Source: Bugula neritina
Lineage: Eukaryota > Animalia > Bryozoa
Length of the DNA: 64,000 bases
Direction: 5' to 3'
Assembly (NCBI GenBank): GCA_964035545.1
Contig: OZ037769.1
Span: forward strand, 13,236,633-13,300,632
In this document: one piece after another, positions 1 through 13,000 of the stretch
Position numbering within the stretch: position 1 is the first letter of the stretch
Layout: each line of letters starts with the position of its first letter
Notes under the pieces: model-generated
Databases searched by the model: none
The model's input: only the letters and a program-made list of their open reading frames with translations
What the model was told of the DNA's origin: nothing
Translations under genes and position numbers: made by a program

Positions 1-89
1 CAGGTTACGAAACCAGCAAGTCATAAAGTATAATAAATTATCTTCCACCACAGCTCCATGTCATTATATCGGTCAGCCCCATACCACCA

Positions 90-400
90 GCCATAATACC
101 AGAATACTATTGTATTACATTACAATATACTATAATATTGTATTACATTACAATATACTATAATATTATAATACCATAATACTATTATATTACATTACAA
201 TATACTAGAATACCATAAACATTATATTATATTGCAATATACTATAATACTAAAATACCATAAACATTATATTATATTTGAATATACTATAATACTATAA
301 TACCATAAACGTTATACTGCATTACAATATAATTACAATTATATTACATTGCAATATACTATAATACCATAAACATTATATTACATCACAACATATTACT
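90..400. repeat. AT-rich degenerate minisatellite
   Basis: Recurring TATTACATTACAATATACTATAATA(CCATAAAC) units. Confidence 0.85.
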
Positions 401-909
401 ATATAACAAGAACCTAGTAGCATCATATCTCTTTACTGTGAACATTGCTCAGCTATGAGAAATAAAATTTACTAAATAAATTAATAAACACACTGCTTAA
501 AAAGCTAGACTTTTAGTAAACTTTGTGTGAAGTTAAATAACGTTCTCAAACTAAGATTTACAACTAGTAGTAACGCATTAATCAGCTTTAAGTTTTCATC
601 ACCAAAAACTATTATTAAAAAATAAACAAGAAACGTATTAGTTTTGTGGGTCAAGAAATGTTACACCAGAAAAAGTGATTTCATATTTTAAAGCAAAGGC
701 AAACAGTTCATCATCATTGGTTTGTATTAAAATGTATTTTTAGGAAACAAATGAAAATGTCATTAATTTATTTAATTACCTTTTAGGAATCAAATACTGT
801 TCTTTATTTTCATCTCCTAATAATTTAGATTGACAATCACAGCCTTATTTTTTTATTCACTGTAATATTCACTATACTGACTATACATTCCACTTATATA
901 TGCTGTAAT

Positions 910-1014
910 ATATTGCCTATACACAACAAGCAGTTGACTTATACACAATACATATATTACCTATACACAAAGGGTATATTACCTATACACAATGGGTATA
1001 TTACCTATACACAA
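910..1014. repeat. 22-bp minisatellite duplicating an exon/intron junction
   Basis: Units TATTACCTATACACAA(A/T)GGGTA. Confidence 0.8.
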
Positions 1015-4000
1015 GGGAGATGCCGTGATCAGTTCGCACATGCTCTCTCAGTGTTTCCAGCTCTGCGTGCTGATTGGTGCATAGCCAACAAGGATAGTCC
1101 AATGCAACTCTTTCTTCTGGACTGCCATTTGATTCTAAAAATAACAATTTTAAATATTATATATTACTCTACACATATGCAGTGCTGCCTCCGTATCTCA
1201 CCAAGTTCCGGGCTTAAAATCTTAATTCGTGACATAGTAGAATACCATATTTAACTTTTCAGGTCCATTACATTCGGCCATTTTGTCCCTATACACATAC
1301 ATGGGCCACAAACCATGGTCTATGAAGTTTTGTAATAAATAGAACCGTGAGATACAGAGGGAATGCTGTATTACTCTAAACATAATATATCATTCTAAAC
1401 ATCCATTACTTGGTACTTCAAATCAACAGAAGTAAAAAAAATATTTATTGGGTAGCTCATGGGTTTGCATTTGTATTATTAAATAACTCATTAGTTGCCT
1501 GAAATATTAAATTAACCACTCGTCATGTATTAAACAGTGAAGTAATAATTTTACTAGTACGAAATGCTGGTAGAGCCAGGAGAAAAAGATAGAAAATGGA
1601 AAATATAAGCTGAGATATTTAATATTTGAATCATCATCAATACTTCAAATGCCCTTCCCAGAAAGTCACGTCAGTTCAAATCAAACGCAGCTATGAAGAG
1701 TATGTGAAGCAGAAGAGATGATGACACACTAGATAACCGGCATCATGACACAAATATTGTCAGCTGGTAGGAAATACTTCAGAGAAAAGTCATTTCATGT
1801 GATTTTCAAATTTGGCCTATTTCATTACAAAAGTTTTATATACTTTAGTACTATGTAACAGTATTATATATTATGCTGGCTTCATGTATTATATTAGTTT
1901 TATATATTATTATATTATACCATACTAGCATTAAATATCATGGTATAATAGTTTTATATATTATGCCAATATATATTCTGATAGCAAAACGCCGGAATTT
2001 CATTTCGGTAAAAAATACTTAATTTATAGCTTTTCAATATCAGAGTTTGGCTTTTATAATTATTAACCTGGTTATACATTGTACTGGTGTTGCATTAACC
2101 TGGTTATACATTGTACTGGTGTTATATTAACCTGGTTATACATTGTGCTGGTGTTATATTAACCTGGTTATACAGTGTGCTGGTGTTATATTAACCTGGT
2201 TATACATTGTACTGGTGTTGCATTAACCTGGTTATACAGTGTGCTGTGTTATATTAACCTGGTTATACAGTGTGCTGGTGTTATATTAACCTGGTTATGG
2301 GTCATTTTACTTAATTTAGCACACACTGGAAATCTCCAGTTTTTAGCTATTTTTTTTATAATTTAGCTGCTAATGAACATGGATTTTTGCCCAAAACTAG
2401 TAAAATATCAATAAATACACCTAAATAATCAAGGTTCTTTTTAAATTTGCTTGATTTCCAATGTTTTTTCCTATTTATTTAGCTTTAGATTGGAGACCGT
2501 TACGGTGTACTGGTGTTATACAGAATTCTGGCGTTATACAGTGTTCTGTAATATTAACCTGCAGAGAAGTGAGGGGGGCAGGTCAGGACCCCCAACCTGT
2601 GCAGTGAGGTGACACAAGCTTGGCACGGATCCCAAAGTACCATCACATCTCAAATCAAAGCAGATTAAACGCTTACAATTACACAACGACATTTACATAT
2701 TTTTTGTCATTTGCTTGAGCTAAATGGCTTATTTTTGAAGTAAATGTCCATCAATAGGTCAAAGAACTAAGGCAAGACACAAAGACAGTAGGAGTGATTC
2801 ACTGCGAGCTTTGTGTACAGTTCTATACATCTGGCCCAGCAAACAATGCTAGTTTAATTAATTGTTTCAGAGTACAGAATAAATACATATTAACAGAAAA
2901 TAATGACTGTTAATAAGTGATCATGTTGACCTTGAGGAAGGTGAGGGTTCCAGAACACTAAATGATGTAATCAAGGATAGGGCAGAACGTATTGTGACAT
3001 TTGATTGAGGTAAAAATAATAATCCACTGAAACTGCACACAGTAACACAGCAGCGTTTACTAGATATTATGGGTGCATGTAGCATTTCATTTGTATTTAT
3101 AGCAGTTTAACCGTGTCCTTAACAAAACCAAGAAGAAATACCACAACCAGTTTTTGTGAAATAGAAATCAAGTTGCCGATGATAACATACCAAGTAGGCA
3201 AATTATTATTTAAATATTTCTGGTTTAATAGAAGAAAAGAAAATTTGAGAACATAAATCTGCTTCAATAAGACTAGTTTATTCAAACATACAGTCCTCAT
3301 TGACTTTTACTTTCTTTTACTACTCTTTTTTAAAGCTCCAAGCATACAACAAAGTTGAACCACAAGTTCTGGTACTAGAGAACCTGGCAGGCTGAATGGT
3401 GGAGCAACTAATTTTAGTCGCGGACTGCATGAAAAACTATAGTCGGGATAGATTGAAGGATGTGTTTGTGGAAAATGAGATTCCAGTGAACATGCTGTGT
3501 TTCATGCAATTAGCTATACTTAGATGCAATAGCAATACATTTTATGTATAAAACATTTCAAAGAGAGGAATCTGTGGACTTTGTACTAGTTTTGAGGAGA
3601 CACATATCAACATAATAAAAGTGGAAAATATCATCCTTTAAATGCTTCTAAAGAGGTTCTTGCGAATTTAACTAATGACAGTTTTGAAAACTCAAAGAAG
3701 CAGAAGGTAGTGTAGTGTTGAGATTACCCAGTAGCCTCTGTAGCGCAATGGTTAGCACGATGGCTTGCGAGCCGGAGGTCTGCGGTTCGAGTCCCAATGG
3801 GAGAAATTATTTTACAGTTAGGTTACCAAATGCTTGGAAAAAAGATGAGCAAGCAATGTATCATGTAAGTAATACCCGGTGAAGGGCGTACAAGCATAGC
3901 CTAAGGGTAGGCAGAGTATAGTCTAAGAGTATACATACCTAAAGACATTGAAGAGGAAAAGAGAAAGGGCCTCTGCAACTTCTTGTTCATACTCAGGTCC

Positions 4001-7000
4001 ATTACGTCCTCACTATTACTATATGACTCTGAATCTACAGTATATACAGTGCAAGTACATAGAATATATACAGTGTAAGTACATATAATATATACAGTGC
4101 AAGTACATAGAATATATACAGTGTAAGTACATAGAATATATACAGTGTAAGTATATATAATGTATACAGTGTAAGTATATAGAATATATACAGTGCAAGT
4201 ACATAGAATATATACAGTGTAAGTATATAGAATATATACAGTGTGAGTACGTAGAATATATACAGTATAAGTATATAGAATATATACAGTGCAAGTACAT
4301 ATAATATATACAGTGTAAGTACATAGAATATATACAGTGTAAGTATATAGAATATATACAGTGTAAGTATATAGAATATATACAGTGTAAGTATATAGAA
4401 TATATACAGTGTAAGTACATATAATATACACAGTGTAAGTATATAGAATATACACAATGTAAGTATATAAAATATATACAGTGTAAGTATATAGAATATA
4501 TACAGTGTAAGTACATAGAATATATACAGTGTAAGTATATATAATGTATACAGTGTAAGTATATAGAATATATAAACATTACATGCAGGTATATGTTACG
4601 CTGCCCTATTACATTACATGCTGTCCATTGTACAGAAAGGTATGATATGGCCTACTAAATTATAGATCTGCTATCAAATTCAATGCATTGAAATGTAACC
4701 CATGAGCCTAAGGAGTAGCGCAGTTGAAACTATGCCAAACACGCCGCCATTTTGTTTTATAGTAGCACCCAACAAACTACTGGGAATTGAGTTTAGATTT
4801 GGGCAGATTACTGGCAGGCACAACCTTCAACAAATAAATTCCAACAATTAGGAAGTCACATTTTTTCCAACTTTCACTCCGCTCATCAAAACAATCCCAA
4901 AAAGCAAAACATAGTCTCCTATACTAATGAGAATTGGAGGTACATGCTGCGGTTGAATTAGGGTAAGTTTTGGAGCCTGAAAGCAGGCTGGTGGTCAGTG
5001 GGGTGAGGGTGGTGTAACAAGGATGATCAAGGATACAGTGCCACATCCTGATAGAAATGAGCAAAACTTCATGGGAAATTTACTGGACAAATATGTGTCA
5101 TTTTCATGTGTCTTAGGCCATAGTGAGATGGCAAGATGACACAAGCGCTTCTTATCTGACACTGGGAAATATAAAAGTTCTATATTTTGGAGTTGTCCTC
5201 AACGAAAGGGTGTGGCAACGTATGCCTCTGAGAAATCATTCAAAGGATGTGATGTCATAACTTAGCAACACAGCAGCTACCAGTAGATAGAGATATGTCA
5301 TTTAGGAGCCTGGTGTAGGTGTTAACACTGCTATGGGTGGCAGCACCCAATAAAACTCTACAAGTAGAAAAGCTATGTTTGTTTAATATCAATTATTTTC
5401 ACTAAGAACTGTAGTACTACCTGGTCCAGAAGTGACTCGCCCGCTGCCGGCATCGGCTGACCCTGTAGCGGTAGTGGAGGTGGTAACAGCCTCATTGTTG
5501 GGCGTTTCAGAGGTATTTTTGTTCTCATCAACATTCAGATGACCTTCAGCAGGCGCCAGTAGACTCTTGCTTTCAATATGAGGCGTGACCTTTTCACTCC
5601 AGACCTGCATAGCAAGAGGAGATATGATACTAAATATATGAGAGAATGGGTTGAGGCATGTGGAGAGCTGGTTTCGCTTATGTTGGGAAAACAATATTGA
5701 AATATTAATATTCTATTGAGCAGTTCATATTTCACAGCTAGACAGTTTTGGCTGAAGATTTGGTACAAAAAGCAATAATTCTGCTGCAGAAAGCTATATT
5801 TAGGAGCCGGTTTTGGCCATTAATTATTCTGTTATTTTGCCTTGTAGCCTGTAATTAGGTTGACAGCTAAAAGCCCCAAAACTGATAGATCCAGGCAAGG
5901 GAAGGGACTACACAGGCAGATCAATCCATTGACCTCTAAGTTGCTGGCATAATGTGGCTATAAATAACAGAGTTTACTAAACAAATCCCTGAAAGTCATA
6001 ACTGAGTTAGATGATGTAACACAAATATAGTTTAATAAACATGGGCTAAGCTTTCGGTTGATGCCAGCTTTAGTCTTTGTTCTAACCCAGCAGTTCTCTA
6101 GAAGAATTGTCAGCAGACAAAGTAACCCTACTAAATTCAGGCAGCATGACCAGAACACCGTGAAATACACAGTACGAACACAACATTGTGTAGGCTAACA
6201 CACAGCATGGACACAACAGTGTGGAACTGTGTTTCGAAAGTTCTAGAGAATAAGCGGATCAACACCGTTGCTGTGCCACTGCCAAATTTGTGCAAAAAAC
6301 CGGCAGGCGTCGGCATTATCCAAATGTTTCCAAAGAATCACTGGTTACCAAAGTCGAGCTAACAGGTAGGAAGCTGTAAATTAAGCCAGTGGTTCTCCAC
6401 CATTCTCTACTCGGCAACCAAATTCTAGTTAGGAGCAACTTTGGGTTGTGAACCAACCTTGTGATAGTCCATGTGGAGGTCCAAAGACTCTTGACTAAGA
6501 AACTTGAGGCAGCAGATAAAACATCTTAACACATCTGAGTCTACATTTACTGAGTTCTCATCAACCATCTCATTAATATCATCTTCGCTGACGCTGCAGC
6601 CAATAGGAGCGTGGAAGTCTCGAAAATGACAAACCAGCTCATCCTGTGTAACACATAGCAGAAATTTATAATAGATATATAGCAGACACAGTATACGACA
6701 TTAATTTAAATTTCAAATGAGGGATGCTTTAATTTTGTGAAAAATAATTATTAAAATATATTTAGCTACAGCATCTGCTTAAAGCACTTGAATTTAGTCA
6801 TAATACAAACAAATTATACACAAAATAATCAACACCCAGCTACCTGCCATCGCCCATGCTATTTTCATTTACTGGCATATTAGAGAAATATCAGAATATT
6901 ATGTGATTTCAAATGCTGATTGAATGTTTAAAGCGTAAAAGAAACGAAATCCCACCATTTCATATTTATTGACCGAATATTTTGGAAAAGAGACTAAATG

Positions 7001-10000
7001 CAACGTTTTCGACTTATTGCCGGAACTTGATAAAAGAAATTAGATTTGTAAGGGTATTCTGTGAAATTATGTGTGTTGTATGTGATATACATCATGTAGT
7101 TATGTGTGTTGAATGTGGCACAACATGTAGCTATGTGTGTGGTATGTGCTACACCATGTAGCTATACGCTTTGCAGACGACGTATTGTTAGGTCCAGCAA
7201 ACAGTGTCAGTCATAGTTCATGTAAAGCAAATGAAATATTGCGTTTTTGATGTTTCATATATTGCATACTACACAGAAACCAGCATGGTGTATATTATTT
7301 ATTATATAGCAGCTAGTGTATTACAAAACTATACATTGTGTTAGAGAAATATATAAAAGCAGTTTAGAGTACTTCCACTTTTTAAAAAACACAAATGCTT
7401 AAATTTATCACATAATCAATCATAATAAATAATAAACTTGGCAATTGTGCACTCGCAATTCTTAAAACATAAAAGTCAAGACATAAAAAATTAAAAAAAA
7501 CATCACAATTTTGTCATAAATATTACAACAGTACTTCCTTAGGCCGTCAGTATCCCATCAATTAAATACCAAAAAGACACTAAACTTACAGGAGATACAC
7601 AAATTATTTTCTCAAAACGCAAACCTTTTTGAAAATAATCATGAACTGCAAAAACAAAATTTCTTTCCGAAGCTGAAAATCGACATGTGATTAAACGGGA
7701 CACGGCGTATGTAAAACGCGATAAACAGCGCCAAGATGCTATCATGTACATTCATCTGTGCCAAAGGCACTTACTGGATCTTTATGCGAAAACTCATATT
7801 CTACATGTTCAAAAACAAATTTGGTAAACTTTCAAACTTGACGTTCTTTTAATATCTAATTTTTTATGATGTCAAAAGCTAGCCGAATATTTTGCTGTGT
7901 TGCAGAGCTGCCGTAGAATAGTCAGATGCATACTAAAAGCAGCATTTACCAGCTACCAGCTAACCATGACAGACATGACTTTGAAGCGAAGTCTGCTATC
8001 AGGCTAGTTCTGTTGTAGAGACGCTTTACAAGGCCACCTTTACGCGACTTCGAGCAAAAAAAGTAACATTTAGCGCATCCTTTCACACGTATACAATAAG
8101 TGAAATATTTTACGGATGTCCGAGCAGATTTTTCCAAAGAGAGTGTTGAGGAAAAAGATAGCTGGGTGATGATAGTTGTGGTGCATTTAGCCACTCTCTA
8201 GTTTTACATGCAACTCAAAAAATAGCAAATAAATAAATAAAACAATTAGAAACAGTAAACAGTAAACAGACAATTAGAAACAGTATTACTTACCTTGTCT
8301 GAGAACTTTGATTGACAACATGGACAGGTAACTTCTGTAACGACTAGTGTGTCAACAGCCTGAGATGCATGAGGCTGTGACAATGATTGTGGGACGGTTG
8401 ATAGACTTGTGGGTAACGCTGCACTGGGAAGAGGCAAAGTCGAGGAACCAAGACTAAGATTATTGCCAACAACTGAAGCAGCAAGATTAAGACTGCTGCC
8501 GGAAGTGGAAGCAGATAAATTCAGCTGACTAGCAGGAGAAGGCTTGTCTATTTTGATGTGGCGAATTCTTTTCACCTCTTGGGCCACCTGGTCAACAGAA
8601 ACACGAAATGAGAGGATTTGATTTTCCCTGAAAGGATAAAGTGACTCTAAGTAGTAAAAAACAATCTTCGACATGTTGGAAATTATCTGGTCTAAAGAAA
8701 CCAAATAATTCCCATTAGATACATTGCATAATTACTATAAGCTGTATCAAATACAGGACTTAACTAAATTAAGGTCACAAGTACAGTTTATTGGTAAAAA
8801 AGTTTTTCAAATTTGAGAAATATTTTTATGATAAATACATTTTTAAACATTTTTCGCAAACAGAAAAAATTTCAGACAGGTTTATGCATGAATAGCAAAA
8901 TTAGACAAATTTGATCAAAGCTGTGTTGTATAATAGTTACTGTGTGGGTGGAGGATTTATTACATGAAAAATAAATCAAACCTCACATTAACATCATTTG
9001 ATATTAGAGTCCCAAAGCAAATAAAAACATTAATGCCAAAAATTAGGTTGTACTTCAATTAGCACTAAATTTTAAAATTTAGGTAGTTTTGAAAGTTTTA
9101 GCCAATAAAAGACGCATCTGTTATTGCCATAGTCAAAGTTACATACATTAGACACAATGAGTGAAGCATAAATGAACTTCCAATATTTATGAGAAAATAA
9201 ACAGATGTGTACAAAAAATTCAGTTCAAGTTCAAAGGTAACTTTAAATACTGGACACCCCCCCATCCCGAGGCCAGCATTTACTCTCTCCACCTATTGAC
9301 CACAAGCATTTGATAAGATGGGCAGAATATCGGTCACTAGAGAGGCTGTTGTATGTAATGACGTTATACGGAGAAAAGCTGGTATTTGGGACATGATGAC
9401 GGCAAAATTTTAAGTAAAATCTTGATGTCAAAAAGAAAAATGTGCAAATAATAGCTGTAAAGGTTATTAAAACATGACAACATTTATTACCACGCCTTGT
9501 GATACTTTCCCTGGGCCTGTGACTCATGACATGGTGTAATTACACAAATCCTACTTTATATAATTATCGGGCTTAATGGAACAGCCGGGTTTAATGGAAC
9601 AGACATGGTCTAGAGGTTAGAGTGTTGGCCTACTAAATATGAGGTCAGTGGTTCAAACACCAACAGTGATGTTAGGAAGAGCATCCAGTCATAATTGCTC
9701 ATATGCCACATTAAAAAATGGCCCTGTAGTTTGCCTTAAAAGCCTTTTCCATCAGGGATAGCCACTATACAGTCACATGAGCATTTTAAGGGAACCAACC
9801 TCGTCAACTATCTGTGAGTGATCATGCTTCACCAAATGTATCAACAGCTTGTTCTTCCTATCTTGAAACTTGCCGCAAAATCTGCAATATCCTGCAAATC
9901 AATTCGAATATTAGACATAAATTAGACATAAATTAGATGCATTTTAGAAATAAAATAGATATGAATTAGAAATAAAATTTACACAATTATAATTAAACTT

Positions 10001-13000
10001 ATAGCATTAAACTAAAATTTCATAATCAGGCACTGGTACTGTTACAGCCACCTGAAACAAACAAAAAGCAAAAACAAAGAATTAACACAAAGCGCTGCTA
10101 GTTGCTATGGCAACAGAAATGACAGAAGAAAACATCCATTGAAGATGAATATTAACTTAATTTATGCAAAACTATACAGAGCAGAGGGCAGAAAAAATCA
10201 ATAACTGGATCAAATCTGTCAGATTAAAAATAATCTAGTGATGCATAGAAAACTGAGCTCTACGTGAATGAAGCAATCATCTAATTGATAAGAAGCCGGG
10301 TTTAACATAATTTCCTTGAAACCAATACTATTGCAATTAGCATGGGATTAATTTTATTTAAACTCATTAAATTTCTATGAAACTTGAGGAGTTTTGAATG
10401 AAAATATTTTTAGCGCTAGTATTTGCGTTATCGTGAAAATTGTAAGGGTGCAGAATATAGCTGCTAAAAGAGGAGGCCTTTAATTCAGTTGAAGAGGTAA
10501 TAAAAAAGTACCTACTCTAAGAATGCAATTGTTTAAATAAGTAGAACAATAAAACTGGCATTTTTAAATATAATTAATGATAAATATTTAAAAATAAAAA
10601 ATAATTGGTTTTAAACTTTGAGAAAAATAAACTTTGTAATTCTTGATGAAAAAAATATCCCAGCTATTTATCAGTGATGAAAAAAGTTAGCTGATGGACG
10701 ACTTATAAAACTTCATGTTTTCAAAAATAAGAAAGTTGAAGTTAAGTTGAATTTTACAAAATTTAAAATGATATAACGCTGACAGTAATTGTTTTTGCAA
10801 CAGCACAGTTACCTGCCTATTACTGCTAGTGCTGAAATATCTATATCAAATATTTTGAATTTTAAAGTAACTTGGAAAAACTGTATAATAAATAATGATT
10901 ATTGCTCAATATATGGAAGAAATGGTATTTCTGTAGTCTTAGTGCAGGTTTCAGCGATAGATTTATTTATTCCTTTAGCATTGAATTACCATTTTAAATT
11001 GTGTGAATCATAGATATAGTTTTTGTTACATTGAAATTTATTACACTGAGTTGACCACATTCACAGAAAAGCTCTCTTAATATTCTTATCTTGCCAAACC
11101 AATGTTCCCCAAAACCTTTATAACTTGAGTGGTTGGAAAGAGAATCGTTCATTATAGGCTTAAAGGTGCAAATGCAGATATAAGTAATATTATTGAAAAT
11201 AGAAAAAAGTTATGTCTAGGCAAAATATAGCTCAGTAACCTATAGCTAATAGCGCTAAACCAATGGGGCTGTCTAGCAATATCAGCCAGTTTTCACGTGT
11301 GTGTAAGCCTCAAAGTTAACAACAAGTTAAAGATCATTTTCAATAGTTTCAATGTAAAATTGAAGAAATATAAATATTTTAGTTTAATGATTGCTTGAGT
11401 TAAACTTTGATTGGCTTAATTTCAGGACCCACAAACTAAATAACACCAAATGTTTCCTATAGGAAAATATTGTTAATAATGTGGTCTGCAAAATTGTAGG
11501 TGATAAGCTAAATCAAATATGAACTATTAGAGTATGAGGTCTTATTTTCAGGAATACGGGCTACACTTGAGTGTCCTTAGTGAGAAAACTTCAAGGTCAT
11601 CAACTTTGCTGACAACAAAATAAATATTTGAATTTATCCAATTTTTAATATTTTGATGAGCACAGTAGCAATAGTGTATTTTAATCGCATCAAATATCTT
11701 ACTCCTAAGAAAGGGAGAAATTTTGTTTGATATTCGATTCTGTACGTATCACTCAGTGAAGAGCGAACCGATCAACAACTTATTCCCGGAGATTGGAATT
11801 GTTTTTGGAGTCTGTAATATATGCAAATTTGTTTACAGCAAAAGGCTTTGCCAGATATAATATATCACTAACCACTTGGCGCAATTCCTTTCCCCCAGTA
11901 TTATGCTAAGTACTACAACTAGGTTAGCTTTTACTATTGTCTTACAGTGTGTCTTACTTAAAGTACTACCAAGAGTAAAACCTTTACGAAGAAGCCATCT
12001 TGAATGTATTTTGCCAAGTTTAGCAATTATATACAGTTTCTTTGCAGCAAATAAATGTTGAAGTCACCATAAAATACACTTGTTCATATATTTTACAAGT
12101 ACTACAAGTACTTTCTAACTTCTATGACTCAGTATAGTTACATAAATATGGGAGTCTAATCATTGTTATCCGAATTTAAAAATGCTGGTAATTATGAAAT
12201 ATTATATTTTAGATAAATAGTTTAAAGAGATGCTAGACATACTTTAGGCGTTCCTTCTACTGTACTGAAACTACTAACATAATATTACAATACAGTCTCT
12301 TCTACCAGCAATCAACAGCAACCGTCTTGAGTACACAATTTTTGTCACAAGCTTTAATAAATAGATAGCAAGCAATGCAATAGCTCCAGAAAAATTTTAT
12401 GTCACGTTCTATTTCAGTAAAAATCTGATAATCAACGCTGTTCTTCAAAGAGAATGTAAAATTTAAATTTAGAATATTTTGTTAAGAAAGTCACTACAAT
12501 AACTGCATGACAAGAGTTGCAGCGTTTGTCACTAAGGGGTAGGGGAGGGGTGGAAGGGGTGGAGAATGAGGGGGCGATGAGAAGTAACAACGTACCAGGG
12601 TAATACGCAGGATGTTTCTCCGAATGGTGACTAATAATATCATCATAACTATTGTGTATTTCAGAGCACAAACCACAAGTAAATGATACTTTAGATGGTA
12701 GGGAGACCAGCTCTTCCGTCTCGCTGTTGTCATCTATTGCATCCACATGGTCCTTAGCCTAAACGAGAAAGTAAAAAACAGTAAAACTGCAGCCAGATAT
12801 CTAATCTCCAGGCCTGCAGTGAATATTCTGTCCCATAACAAAGTAATTCTCTCTAAAATATGTTGTCCATCAGGCAACTCTTAGATAAAACAGAAAATCC
12901 TACTCAAAGTAAAAAAAAATAAACTACACAATATAACCAGCTACCAGTTACAGATTATAACATAAATTAAAATACATAAACAATACAAATCTATATCAAA

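Noticed and set aside
2062-2297. 32-bp repeats as a CRISPR array
   Set aside because: Units are head-to-tail with no unique spacers, the context is a eukaryotic intron, and there are no cas genes.
3733-3803. Possible tRNA-Ala(TGC) gene
   Set aside because: Acceptor and T stems do not pair, and a diverged second copy exists, so it is a repeat-derived sequence.
3901-4579. Three overlapping Tyr/Ile/Cys-rich ORFs (140-186 aa)
   Set aside because: Artefacts of the 24-bp minisatellite; only 3939-4034 is a plausible exon.
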